Origin: Candidatus Thorarchaeota archaeon
GTDB taxonomy: Archaea > Asgardarchaeota > Thorarchaeia > Thorarchaeales > Thorarchaeaceae
Reading direction: 5' to 3'
DNA: 64,000 nucleotides
Assembly: GCA_019057475.1 (NCBI GenBank)
Contig: DXJO01000018.1
Location: 32,001-96,000, forward strand
Shown: positions 19,789 through 29,270 of the stretch, one piece after another
Layout: each line of letters starts with the position of its first letter
Numbering within the stretch: the stretch's first letter is position 1
Translations under genes and position numbers: made by a program
The notes under the pieces: generated by a model
What the model was told of the DNA's origin: nothing
Seen by the model: the letters and a program-made list of their open reading frames with translations, nothing else
The model's database searches: none

Positions 19789-21084
19789 ATGGTTGACGCC
19801 AAGGAAATCATGAAGAAAGACAAAGAGTACCTAGCAGCAGTCTATTCTCGTAAGCCAATCGTTGTATACGAAGGAAAGGGCGCAATTGTCAAGGATCTTG
19901 AAGGGCGAGAATATATCGATTGTTTGAGCGGCATCTCAGTTGTAAATGCCGGACATACGCCTGAACGCTTAGTGAGAGCAGGAACTGAGCAAATGAGAAG
20001 ACTCTGGCATTGCTCTGGCCTGTATTACAGCGTTCCTCAGACACTGCTTGCGGAAAAATTGGCCAGCATTGCACCGGGCGCACTCAGGAAATCTTTCTTC
20101 TGCAACAGTGGTGCTGAGGCGGTTGAGGGGGCTGTCAAGCTAGCAAAGAAGTTCGCGATATCTGAAGGTCGTACTGGAGCAGGTGTCATTGCCCTTGAGG
20201 GCTCATTCCACGGCAGACTTGCCTTATCTCTGACTTTGACCGGTCAAGCCAAGTACAAGAAAGGATTCGGGACATTCGCCAACCACCCGGGAGTTGTACA
20301 TGCTCCAGCACCCTATTGCTATCGATGTCCTCTGTCATATCCTGATTGTGGCGTTGAGTGTGCACGGAAGGTCGAGGACATCATCAAATACCACACAACT
20401 GGCGATGTAGCGGCGATGATAGTGGAACCAGTGATGGGTGAGGGAGGGATCATTGTACCGCCTGATGGATATCATGCAGAATTGCAGAAGATATGTCACG
20501 ACCATGAAATCCTCTTCATTGCGGATGAAGTGCAGACTGGCTTTGGCAGAACTGGCAAGATGTTTGCAAGTGACTTTTGGGACATCAAGCCCGATATTAT
20601 GACAATGGCGAAGGGGCTGGGGGCTGGCCTACCCATAGGCGCTGTGATGTATACTGATGAGATTGTGAGATGTTTGGTGTCAGGGGACCACTTCTCGACA
20701 TTTGGCGGAAATCCTGTTTGCTGTGCTGTTGCGCTGGAAAACATAGCATATTTGCAGGAAGAAGGGCTCTTGACCAATTCCAAGCATATTGGGAAGCTGC
20801 TCATGGAAGAGCTGCTATCCTTACAGCAGAAAAACGACATGATTGGAGATATCCGAGGAAAGGGGCTCATGATTGGCGTAGAGCTCGTGAAAGATAAGAC
20901 TTCCAAGAAACCCGCTGTTGAGCAGACAAAGAAGGTTGCAAAGGAAATGTTCAACAACAACATCCTGATAGGCACAGGTGGGGTCCACAGCAATGTCCTA
21001 CGCATACAGCCTCCGCTTTGCCTTTCAGACGAACAGGCCAAGAAAGTGTTGGACCTCCTAAAGGAGCAGCTGGGGGATCTCTAG
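19789..21084 (+). CDS. Class-III PLP aminotransferase (GabT/ArgD-like)
   Basis: NSGAEAVE, SFHGR, EPVMGEGG, ADEVQTGFGRTG, MAKGLG, STFGGNP. Confidence 0.93.
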   Translation: MVDAKEIMKKDKEYLAAVYSRKPIVVYEGKGAIVKDLEGREYIDCLSGISVVNAGHTPERLVRAGTEQMRRLWHCSGLYYSVPQTLLAEKLASIAPGALRKSFFCNSGAEAVEGAVKLAKKFAISEGRTGAGVIALEGSFHGRLALSLTLTGQAKYKKGFGTFANHPGVVHAPAPYCYRCPLSYPDCGVECARKVEDIIKYHTTGDVAAMIVEPVMGEGGIIVPPDGYHAELQKICHDHEILFIADEVQTGFGRTGKMFASDFWDIKPDIMTMAKGLGAGLPIGAVMYTDEIVRCLVSGDHFSTFGGNPVCCAVALENIAYLQEEGLLTNSKHIGKLLMEELLSLQQKNDMIGDIRGKGLMIGVELVKDKTSKKPAVEQTKKVAKEMFNNNILIGTGGVHSNVLRIQPPLCLSDEQAKKVLDLLKEQLGDL

Positions 21085-21111
21085 GGATCACCAAGACTTG
21101 GAGGCTTTGAG

Positions 21112-22884
21112 GTGGAAAAGACTTCGATTAACCGCATCGAGGATACAATCAGGGGGCTTTGTCAGTTCGAGAATAGGATAGCCGGGTCCAAGAATGAAGC
21201 GCGTGCTGCGGAGTTCCTCATCAAACGTCTTCAAAGTTGTGGCATTCAGGATGTCAAAGAAAGCTCATTCTCTGTAATCAGCTGGAAACCCGTGAACTGC
21301 CAAGTCATGATTATTGAACCGCTTCGGCGAAAGATTGAGGCTGCACTCTTCCCTTGCTCTCCAAGCGCAGAAAGCAATGGCAATCTGATGGCAATCGATC
21401 AAACGTCCAATGAAACACTGAACAACGGGAGCCAGATAGGCCTTTCGCCTTGGGGTAAGCTGCTGTATCAATCAGTCACGACCGCCTATCATCAGGCTGT
21501 GAAACTCGGGCTTGAAGCAGTCCTGATTTCCGCACCCGATGATGGCGACCTGAGGAAGGTTGTAATCGTTGATTCTGGAGGGTCTTTGAAAATACCAGTG
21601 ATCAGCATCTCAAAGGAAGACGCGTCTTTTCTTTCAGACCTGATGGGGAGCTCGAAAGTTGTTCTTGAAGTAAGAACTGAAGTCGATGTGGACCCTGAGG
21701 CCCAGTCCAAGAATCTGGAAGTCGTAATCGAAGGAAACAAAGAATCTGAGCACGAGATTTGCATAGGGGCGCACTATGATGCTTGGTTCAAGGGCGCGGC
21801 TGACAACGCTGCACCAGTAGCTGTTGTCCTCGAACTCGCCCACCTTCTGAATGAATATGTCGTTAATGGAGGATCCCTGCTCAGAACTGTTAGGTTTCTA
21901 TTCTTTGGGGCTGAAGAGAGCGGATCAACGTCCTTCTATTACTGGATCAATGGCTCCAAAGCCTATGTAGCAGCCAACAAGGATACTGTGATCAAGACCG
22001 CGGCAATGCTCAGTTTGGATTCAATCGGATTCCCCCCTCCTGCTCCAAACAGTATCGGAGCTACTGGGGGTCTTCTTGCATTCGCTAAGAGCATTCAAGC
22101 TGGCCATGGAAATGCTTCCAATGTCACGTTCTTTGGTCCACCCGGATACGGAAGCGATCACTGGTTCTTCGAGATATCCGGCGTTCCAACAATTTACGGT
22201 CTAGCTTTTCCAAGCAAATTCTACCATACACAGAAAGACGACCCTGACAATTTGGACTACGACGGTGTGCATTTTCACGCGGAGTTCATGCGGAGCGCGC
22301 TATTCACCTTGGCAAATGCGCCTTTGTTGCCTCTCGACATGTTTGGTTCCTTGACGGAAATCGAGCGGATACTCACGCATTACAATGAGATGAAGGATTG
22401 TCCTTTTGATACAGCAAGTGTGGTGGCTAAAATTAAGCAGATTTGGGGCAAGAAGAAAGCCTTTGAGAAGGCTGCAAAATCCGCAATCGCCGCCAATAAC
22501 ACGAAGCTACTGGAAAAGATGAACCGGTTCCATGTGTTGACTGCTCGTACATGCAACCGTACAATAGGACGGACTCTGCGAAGCTCATCTTCTTCCGGTG
22601 TTAGCTATTTGGCAAGATTGGAATTGATTGCAGATTATATGGAAATCCGCGCAGCCGTCAACAGGTTAAAACAGATGCCAATCGCAAATCTAGCAAATGA
22701 AACAATCAAGAGACTTGAATCACAAGAAGACAACCCATTCAGCTGGGTTTCGATTCATGAACCGTTGGGAACCCTTGAGAAAGAAGCAGCTCGGATATCA
22801 CGTGTGGTGGAAAACGAGCTCACTAACCTGTTAGAAGCAATCGATGCTATTTGGCAAGATATGGAAGAACTAGTATCAGAATAG
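21112..22884 (+). CDS. M28-family metallo-hydrolase with PA-like domain (paralogue A)
   Basis: GAHYD, GAADN, GAEE, SLDS, GSDH, YHT metal-ligand motifs; no signal peptide. Confidence 0.85.
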   Translation: MEKTSINRIEDTIRGLCQFENRIAGSKNEARAAEFLIKRLQSCGIQDVKESSFSVISWKPVNCQVMIIEPLRRKIEAALFPCSPSAESNGNLMAIDQTSNETLNNGSQIGLSPWGKLLYQSVTTAYHQAVKLGLEAVLISAPDDGDLRKVVIVDSGGSLKIPVISISKEDASFLSDLMGSSKVVLEVRTEVDVDPEAQSKNLEVVIEGNKESEHEICIGAHYDAWFKGAADNAAPVAVVLELAHLLNEYVVNGGSLLRTVRFLFFGAEESGSTSFYYWINGSKAYVAANKDTVIKTAAMLSLDSIGFPPPAPNSIGATGGLLAFAKSIQAGHGNASNVTFFGPPGYGSDHWFFEISGVPTIYGLAFPSKFYHTQKDDPDNLDYDGVHFHAEFMRSALFTLANAPLLPLDMFGSLTEIERILTHYNEMKDCPFDTASVVAKIKQIWGKKKAFEKAAKSAIAANNTKLLEKMNRFHVLTARTCNRTIGRTLRSSSSSGVSYLARLELIADYMEIRAAVNRLKQMPIANLANETIKRLESQEDNPFSWVSIHEPLGTLEKEAARISRVVENELTNLLEAIDAIWQDMEELVSE

Positions 22885-22902
22885 GAAAATGGAGGAATCA
22901 GA

Positions 22903-23793
22903 GTGGCAAGAAAACTGGGTGTGGCTGGTCTTCAGTTGAAGAAAGACTTTAGCGACGCAGAGTCCAATATCATCAAATTCGAAACTATGACACGAACAGC
23001 AAAGGCGTCATATCCATGGGTGGATCTAATTTTCACTGGTGAACTATACCTTCAACAGTATGGAACCAAAGATTGGAAGGATTTCGCTGAGCCCATCCCA
23101 AATACTTTGACTGATCGACTATCGCGTCTTGCTAAGAGAACTCATTGCTGGTTGGTTCCTGGCTCCTTTCTCGAGCGAGACGGTTCGCGAATCTTCAATA
23201 CCTCGATTGCGTTCAATCCAGACGGGGAGATAGTAGTGAAGTACAGGAAGATTTTCCCATGGGCTCCACACGAAGATACGGATCAAGGTACCGAGTTCAT
23301 CACATTCGACATCCCCGGAATAGCAAGAGTAGGCATGACCATTTGCTACGATTTATGGTTCCCAGAGTTGTTCAGGACACTTGCATGGATGGGATCTGAA
23401 GTCATTCTGCAGCCGTCTGCGACATACACCCCTGATAGGGACGCCGAGTTGATTCTAACGCCAGCTCAGGCCATCATGCACCAATGCTATATTCTCAATG
23501 TGAACACAATCAGTCCTCACGGAGGAGGACGGTCGATGTTTGCAGATCCAGAAGGGTATGTTATCCAGAAGACTGGCACTCACGAGGAAATGATGATTGA
23601 GGTCATTGATATAGACAAGGTTGCATGGATCCGACAACATGGTTCCTTCGCACTCAACCCGGTTTGGAAGAGCTTCAGGGACTCGCCCTTGAACGGGAAA
23701 TTCCCGCCGTATGAGAATCTACAAGACGGCGAGATACTCAAGACACTCGGGGAAATGAAGCTTCAGAAGAGTATCAGAGATTGGGACGTTTAG
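22903..23793 (+). CDS. Carbon-nitrogen hydrolase (nitrilase superfamily)
   Basis: Glu-Lys-Cys triad: FTGEL, YRKIFPW, ICYDLWFPE. Confidence 0.9.
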   Translation: MARKLGVAGLQLKKDFSDAESNIIKFETMTRTAKASYPWVDLIFTGELYLQQYGTKDWKDFAEPIPNTLTDRLSRLAKRTHCWLVPGSFLERDGSRIFNTSIAFNPDGEIVVKYRKIFPWAPHEDTDQGTEFITFDIPGIARVGMTICYDLWFPELFRTLAWMGSEVILQPSATYTPDRDAELILTPAQAIMHQCYILNVNTISPHGGGRSMFADPEGYVIQKTGTHEEMMIEVIDIDKVAWIRQHGSFALNPVWKSFRDSPLNGKFPPYENLQDGEILKTLGEMKLQKSIRDWDV

Positions 23794-23811
23794 ACCCGGG
23801 AGACAGCTAAC

Positions 23812-25101
23812 ATGTCAGATAAGGGTGAAGTAGTTAAGGAGTGGATACGAGAGCATAGCGACTCGCTAATCACTCTGACTCAAGAACTAGTTCGCATCCC
23901 CAGCATCACCGGACACGAGTTTAATGTTCAGGAATACATCCTGAAGCGCTTAGATCGCCTAGGTCTCGAGCCATGGATGGTTCTGCCAGATGTCGATGTT
24001 TTAAGAAAGGACGCCGACTTCTTTGAAACATCGTCTTTCGTCAAGTATGGATACGAGAACCGACCCAACGTTGCCGGCATCCTTAAGGGGTCCGGCAATG
24101 GCCGGTCGATATGTCTTAGCGGGCACGTTGACGTTGTATCCCCAGAGCCCGTTGGCCAGTGGTCCTATGACCCTTGGTCTGGTGAAGTTGACGACGGGAT
24201 GATCTATGGTCGAGGGGCAGGCGATATGAAGGCAGGTATCGCCGCCATGATTATCGCATTGGAGGCAATCAGGAGGGCCGACGTCAAGCTAAAGGGCGAT
24301 GTTCATGTGGAAACGACAATTGAAGAAGAGGATGGTGGAGTAGGCGGCAATCTCTACATGAGACTGACGCAACCACGAACGGATGGTGCGATAAACCCCG
24401 AACCAACCAGCCTACAGATTGGCATGGCTAGTGCAGGAGTCATGTACTTTAGGGTAATTTCCTTCGGCGTCCCAGCCCATGCTGCCACTGCGCACTTTGG
24501 AGTCAACGCAATACACAAGATGCTTCCCCTCATTGAGGCGCTTCGAACTCTAAATGAAAGGAGACAACAGAGAATCTCCTATGCTTATGCCGAAGCTATG
24601 AGTCCTAGGATGAAAGGGCGAGTGACCACAATCAACATAGGAGTTGTTAGGGCGGGCGATTGGCCCTCAACAGTTCCAGGGACATGTGAGATAGAATGCA
24701 GAATAGGCTGGCCGCCCGGGGAAACCCGGGAGGAAGTGATGAGTGAAGTTGAAGAGTGCATAACAAACGCATATCAGAATGACTCATGGCTCCGCGACCA
24801 TCCTCCCAAGGTGGAGTGGTTCGGATGGCGGGCAAGGCCCCACGAGCAAGACGTCCAAGATCCGTTTGTCCTTTGCATAAGAAACCAAATTGCAAAGGCG
24901 ACTAAGAAAAGCCCAGTCCTGTACGGAGGTTCAGCAGGCCTTGATACGCGATTTTTCGTGAACCATGGCACTCCGGCTGTGACATTCGGACCTGCCGCGC
25001 AAAGAATTCATTCGTTTGATGAATGCGTGAGCATTGAGTCAATTGTGACGACAGCTGAAGTGATAGCTGCAACGATAATGGACTGGTGTGGTGTGGCCTA
25101 A
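23812..25101 (+). CDS. M20A/ArgE-DapE family amidohydrolase
   Basis: LSGHVDVV, GRGAGDMKAG, EEE, PEPT, IHSFDE. Confidence 0.9.
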   Translation: MSDKGEVVKEWIREHSDSLITLTQELVRIPSITGHEFNVQEYILKRLDRLGLEPWMVLPDVDVLRKDADFFETSSFVKYGYENRPNVAGILKGSGNGRSICLSGHVDVVSPEPVGQWSYDPWSGEVDDGMIYGRGAGDMKAGIAAMIIALEAIRRADVKLKGDVHVETTIEEEDGGVGGNLYMRLTQPRTDGAINPEPTSLQIGMASAGVMYFRVISFGVPAHAATAHFGVNAIHKMLPLIEALRTLNERRQQRISYAYAEAMSPRMKGRVTTINIGVVRAGDWPSTVPGTCEIECRIGWPPGETREEVMSEVEECITNAYQNDSWLRDHPPKVEWFGWRARPHEQDVQDPFVLCIRNQIAKATKKSPVLYGGSAGLDTRFFVNHGTPAVTFGPAAQRIHSFDECVSIESIVTTAEVIAATIMDWCGVA

Positions 25102-25152
25102 TTTCGCTAATCGCAGAAACACCTGTTCCTGGAAACTGCAGACTTTTCGCTC

Positions 25153-26928
25153 TTACATTCCAACTATCTTCGACATGCCTTTGGAGATTCCACTGAGGAG
25201 GTCCGAAAGGTTGGATAGTTCCTTCTCTATCTGTTGGAACACTCTGGATCTTTCTTGTTCCAGCTTCGCAAGGGGCTCATGAATCCTAATCCAGTTGTAG
25301 GGATTCTCCTTCTGCACTTCAAGTTTGGCGACAGAGTGATGCCCTATGTTCGCAATTGGCATGCCACGCAGAGCGCTAATTGCTCGGCTTAGGTCAACAT
25401 AATCGGCAATCATTTCCAAGCGAGAAAGATAGTCTACATCGTCAGGAGCCTTTTGCCGCCAGATCCAACCGATTGTTCTGTTAAGCGAGTTTGCAGTGGA
25501 AAGCAGGAACTCATTGATTGCCGCAATTCCGTTTGAGTCACTTTTCTCACTCACATCCTTTAGGGATTTCAAGAACTTCTGTTTCATTCCCGCAATCCGG
25601 TCCAGCTTCTTTAGGAGTGGTGCTAAGTCAAATGGACTATCCGTTCTTCTGCTATGTTCAAACAGAATTCCACGGAATCGCTCCAGAAGCGGGAAGATGT
25701 CAATTGGCAGCAAATCTGCGTTTGCTAGGCTGAGCAATGCCTTCCTAATGAACTCAGCAAAGAAGTGGACTGCTTGATAGTCCAAGTTCTCAGGACTGTC
25801 CTCTTGCGTGTGATACAACGGACTCGGGAATGACACACCGTACACTGAAGGGACACCGGAGATTTCAAAGAACCAGTGGTCACTACCATACGCTGGGGGA
25901 TCGTAGTAGTCTACTCGCGAAGCAATCTTTGAGCCGACTTTCAGATTCCTAACAAAATCAAGGAGTCCAGTCGTAGCAGCAATGTAGTTCTTAGCAGGAG
26001 TTGGATAGCCCACTGAATCCAACGATAAGAAGGAAGCGGCTTTCTTAACTATATCTTGGTTTTCCCTGACGAATGCTTTTGACCCGTTGCACCAGTAGTA
26101 GAAGTCCATAGAGCCGCTCTCCTCAGCCCCAAAGAATAGGAACCTAACCGTTCTCTTGAGCTCTCCTTCGTTTTGCCTATACTCATGAAGGAGCCTTGCG
26201 GTTTCGAGAACTATCGCCGCAGAAGCTGAATTGTCAGCGGCTCCTTGGAACCATGCGTCATAGTGGGCACCAATCAGAATCTCGTGGTCTGATGAGCCGT
26301 TGCCCGCCACTGTGACCATAAGATTGCGCGACCGTGCTTTCGCGGACCAGTCAACCTCTGTACGCAACTCAACGACAACATCATCCGACTCCAAAAGGTC
26401 GAAGAGAAACTCGCCATCTTCCTTGGATATGTTAATCATTGGTATCTTCAGAAGACTGCCTGAAGATATGACAACAACCTTGTGCAGATTGCCGTCATCA
26501 GGAGAGGAAACAATCAAGCCTTTGGCATCCTGATCTAAGGCATGGAAGTAGGCTCTCATCGGTCCAAGGTAAAGCTCTGTTCCCCACCTAACTAGACCAA
26601 TCGTGTCGCTATCTTTCTCTAGGATTCCGGAGTTGATTTGGTGAAAGGGCGCAAGTCGTCCCTTTATTTCTGCACCTTGTGAGTGGGGGAACACAACTGC
26701 CTTGATGTCCTTGCGAACCGGCTTGATGACCTTGAGTTGGCAATGTGTAGGTTGCCACCGATGAACCTCGAACTTACTCTCCTTGATTTTGGTGATTCCG
26801 AAGCTGGCAAGTCGGCTTTTGATGTATTCCGCAGCCTTCGCTTCACTCTCGGTCCCTGCAATCTTGTTTCCTATGGCACTAAGACCTTCAACGGTTTTCC
26901 TAATTTCGTCGATAGACGTCGGTTCCAA
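25153..26928 (-). CDS. M28-family metallo-hydrolase with PA-like domain (paralogue B)
   Basis: Same motifs as paralogue A; TTG start at 26928 after GGAGG aligns with the start of paralogue A. Confidence 0.85.
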   Translation of the reverse strand: MEPTSIDEIRKTVEGLSAIGNKIAGTESEAKAAEYIKSRLASFGITKIKESKFEVHRWQPTHCQLKVIKPVRKDIKAVVFPHSQGAEIKGRLAPFHQINSGILEKDSDTIGLVRWGTELYLGPMRAYFHALDQDAKGLIVSSPDDGNLHKVVVISSGSLLKIPMINISKEDGEFLFDLLESDDVVVELRTEVDWSAKARSRNLMVTVAGNGSSDHEILIGAHYDAWFQGAADNSASAAIVLETARLLHEYRQNEGELKRTVRFLFFGAEESGSMDFYYWCNGSKAFVRENQDIVKKAASFLSLDSVGYPTPAKNYIAATTGLLDFVRNLKVGSKIASRVDYYDPPAYGSDHWFFEISGVPSVYGVSFPSPLYHTQEDSPENLDYQAVHFFAEFIRKALLSLANADLLPIDIFPLLERFRGILFEHSRRTDSPFDLAPLLKKLDRIAGMKQKFLKSLKDVSEKSDSNGIAAINEFLLSTANSLNRTIGWIWRQKAPDDVDYLSRLEMIADYVDLSRAISALRGMPIANIGHHSVAKLEVQKENPYNWIRIHEPLAKLEQERSRVFQQIEKELSNLSDLLSGISKGMSKIVGM

Positions 26929-27047
26929 AGGTTCTCCTCCTCGCTCGTGGCGAGTCCAACTAGTGATGCGAGCTCTTCCAAAGCTAAACAGCATGGGATC
27001 TCACATGACACTTCACGATTAGCGCACTATGCTGTACTACATGCTTA

Positions 27048-27094
27048 TGAACAACGATATGAAATATGCTAACATCCGTGTTCATGATTGTACA
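27048..27094 (-). promoter_or_regulatory. Four-box operator/promoter of M28 paralogue B
   Basis: On the - strand: TGTACA (27094), TGAACA (27084), TGTTAG (27074), TGTTCA (27053); offsets 0/10/20/41. Confidence 0.78.
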
Positions 27095-27112
27095 AGAGCG
27101 TACGCTTCAAGT

Positions 27113-27159
27113 TGTTCAAGTCTGTTCAAGAGTGTTAGGTTTCTTTTTCTACATGTTCA
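27113..27159 (+). promoter_or_regulatory. Four-box operator/promoter of the corrinoid protein-mtmB operon
   Basis: TGTTCA 27113, TGTTCA 27123, TGTTAG 27133, TGTTCA 27154 (0/10/20/41). Confidence 0.78.
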
Positions 27160-27200
27160 CATCATCGTGACCATTGATGCGATTCTGTGAGTAGACACGT

Positions 27201-27848
27201 ATGAATGACTCCGTCAATAAGCTAAAGGAAGCTGTTATCAAAGGTGACTACAAAAACACCCCTGACCTCGCCAGAGAAGCTCTCGAGGCAGGTGTATCCC
27301 CTATTGAGGTTCTTAAGAAAGGGATTACAGACGCGGCTACGATTGTAGGGGATCAGTTTGAGCGGATGGAGATATACCTCCCGGAGCTGATGATGTCAGG
27401 AAAAGCAATGATGGCAGGCATTGATGTCATTCTACCCAGGATTTCGTCTAGCGATGATGTAATCAAGGGCAGGGTCGTTGTTGGAACTGCGCTAGGAGAT
27501 GTACACGAGATTGGCAAGAACATTCTCAAGGTTCTGCTAATCGCTAGTGGTTTCGAGGTAAGCGACCTGGGAGTGAATGTTCCCACTTCCAAGTTTATTC
27601 AGGAAGCAGAGAGAATCAACGCAGACATAATTGCAATATCTGCCCTGATGACTTCCACACTGGGAGGACAGAAAGATGTCATCGATTATCTGCGAGAAAC
27701 AGGGAAACGTGACAAATACATCATAATGGTGGGTGGAGGTCCGACCAACAAGCAGTGGGCAGACACGATAGGTGCCGATGGCTTTGCAGAATCAGCTCCT
27801 GATGCAGTCAGGGAGGCAATTAGGTTGATCGAAGAACGGAGGGGATAG
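27201..27848 (+). CDS. Methyltransferase cognate corrinoid protein (MtmC/MtbC/MttC family)
   Basis: B12-binding DVHEIG (DxHxxG), SALMTST, MVGGGP, IGADG. Confidence 0.93.
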   Translation: MNDSVNKLKEAVIKGDYKNTPDLAREALEAGVSPIEVLKKGITDAATIVGDQFERMEIYLPELMMSGKAMMAGIDVILPRISSSDDVIKGRVVVGTALGDVHEIGKNILKVLLIASGFEVSDLGVNVPTSKFIQEAERINADIIAISALMTSTLGGQKDVIDYLRETGKRDKYIIMVGGGPTNKQWADTIGADGFAESAPDAVREAIRLIEERRG

Positions 27849-27850
27849 AT

Positions 27851-29230
27851 ATGCTGCCTGTCATAGAGATAACAAAGCGGTGTCTTGAAGGAACACCATG
27901 CCTTGAGAGTGACTTTGACCTAGAGATTTTCGCACCTAGAGTCAGAGAGCTTGTCAAGGAATATGGCATAGCATATGACACTGATGTCATTGTGCCCTCA
28001 GACAACGGATTGGCGGACTCGGTGTTCAAGGCTGCCGTGGAATTGGTTGTTGATGTGGGGATGTTCTGCAAGGATACAGAGCGGATTGTCAAGTTTGAAG
28101 AGCAGGAGGTCCGGAAAGCAATCAAGACCGCTCAACGAGAAACCACCTTCGGTGAAGGCGAGGAACGGAGAACACTGCGCTCACGAACTCCAGAATCCAA
28201 GGACCACCCGTGGATATTCGCGGGAGCAGGAGGGGTGACAGTATCAAATGAAAACATCTTCATGCGACTTGTTGAAAACTATGCCAGAATGATACCGAAA
28301 GCCAATGCCATCACAACACCCTGTCTGCTTGAGGTGGATGGAATGAGCATTCGGGCGCGTTCGCCTCTTGAGATTGTGGGTTCAATTCGAACTGTGATGC
28401 TTGGCCGCGAAGCATTGCGAAGGGCGGAACGGCCAGGACTTCCCATTATGAATGGAATAAGCACTGCTGAATCGGCAGTTGCTCTTATCTCCGGATTGCA
28501 TCCTGATTTTGGGCTCAGAAAGTCAGACGGGTATATGATCTCCCTGTTAGCTGAGCTGAAGACAGACTTTGACCTGCTTAATCGTGCTGCACTGCTTCAA
28601 TCCATTGATGTCCCAATAGCCGGGATCTACGGGCCCATATTCGGTGGTTTCGCAGGTGGGGCTGAAGGGACTGCAATAGCATCGGTCGCGTTTCACATCC
28701 TAGCCATGCTCGCATATCGTGCTTCTTGGACCCTTTGTTTCCCCATCCATATCAAACACATTTCAAGCTCATCTCCTGAACTCATCTGGACCGCTAGTGT
28801 GTACTCACAAGCGGTTTCCAGAAACACTGAACTACCTGCGTTGTACTACCCCTACACCGCCGCAGGACCATGCACGGACATGGTTCTTCGGGAATTTGCC
28901 GCCCAGTTCATTGCGGCCATATCTTCAGGAGTTTCAATAGAAACAGGAGGCGTGGCGAAAGGAAAGTATTTCGACTATCTCACGCCGATTGAACCAATGT
29001 TCGGTTCAGAGGTTGCGTACGCAGCAGCAGGTCTAAAACGATCTGATGCAGATGATATGGTCAAAGAGCTACTATCCAGGTTCATAGAAAAAATCCCGAA
29101 CCCGCCGAAAGGGAGCAGGTTTCAAGAGTGCTGTGACCAGACAACAGGTAAGCCTTCAAAGAAGTGTTTCAGCATATACAAGAAGGTGAGGGATGAGGTC
29201 TCGGACCTCGGAATCGAGTTCTCCAGCTAG
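27851..29230 (+). CDS. mtmB: Monomethylamine:corrinoid methyltransferase (MtmB) homologue, pyrrolysine-free
   Basis: Collinear with Methanosarcina MtmB as recalled (DTERIVKF, RPG, ELKTD, PIFGGFAGG, AGPCT, AKG, FQEC, DLG); no in-frame TAG. Confidence 0.88.
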   Translation: MLPVIEITKRCLEGTPCLESDFDLEIFAPRVRELVKEYGIAYDTDVIVPSDNGLADSVFKAAVELVVDVGMFCKDTERIVKFEEQEVRKAIKTAQRETTFGEGEERRTLRSRTPESKDHPWIFAGAGGVTVSNENIFMRLVENYARMIPKANAITTPCLLEVDGMSIRARSPLEIVGSIRTVMLGREALRRAERPGLPIMNGISTAESAVALISGLHPDFGLRKSDGYMISLLAELKTDFDLLNRAALLQSIDVPIAGIYGPIFGGFAGGAEGTAIASVAFHILAMLAYRASWTLCFPIHIKHISSSSPELIWTASVYSQAVSRNTELPALYYPYTAAGPCTDMVLREFAAQFIAAISSGVSIETGGVAKGKYFDYLTPIEPMFGSEVAYAAAGLKRSDADDMVKELLSRFIEKIPNPPKGSRFQECCDQTTGKPSKKCFSIYKKVRDEVSDLGIEFSS

Positions 29231-29270
29231 CTACTATGAATTTCTTGACATGCACCGTGTAGACAGAGAT

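Noticed and set aside
27851-29230. Pyrrolysine-containing MtmB / methylotrophic methanogenesis
   Set aside because: No in-frame TAG, and no pyl or mcr genes in the window
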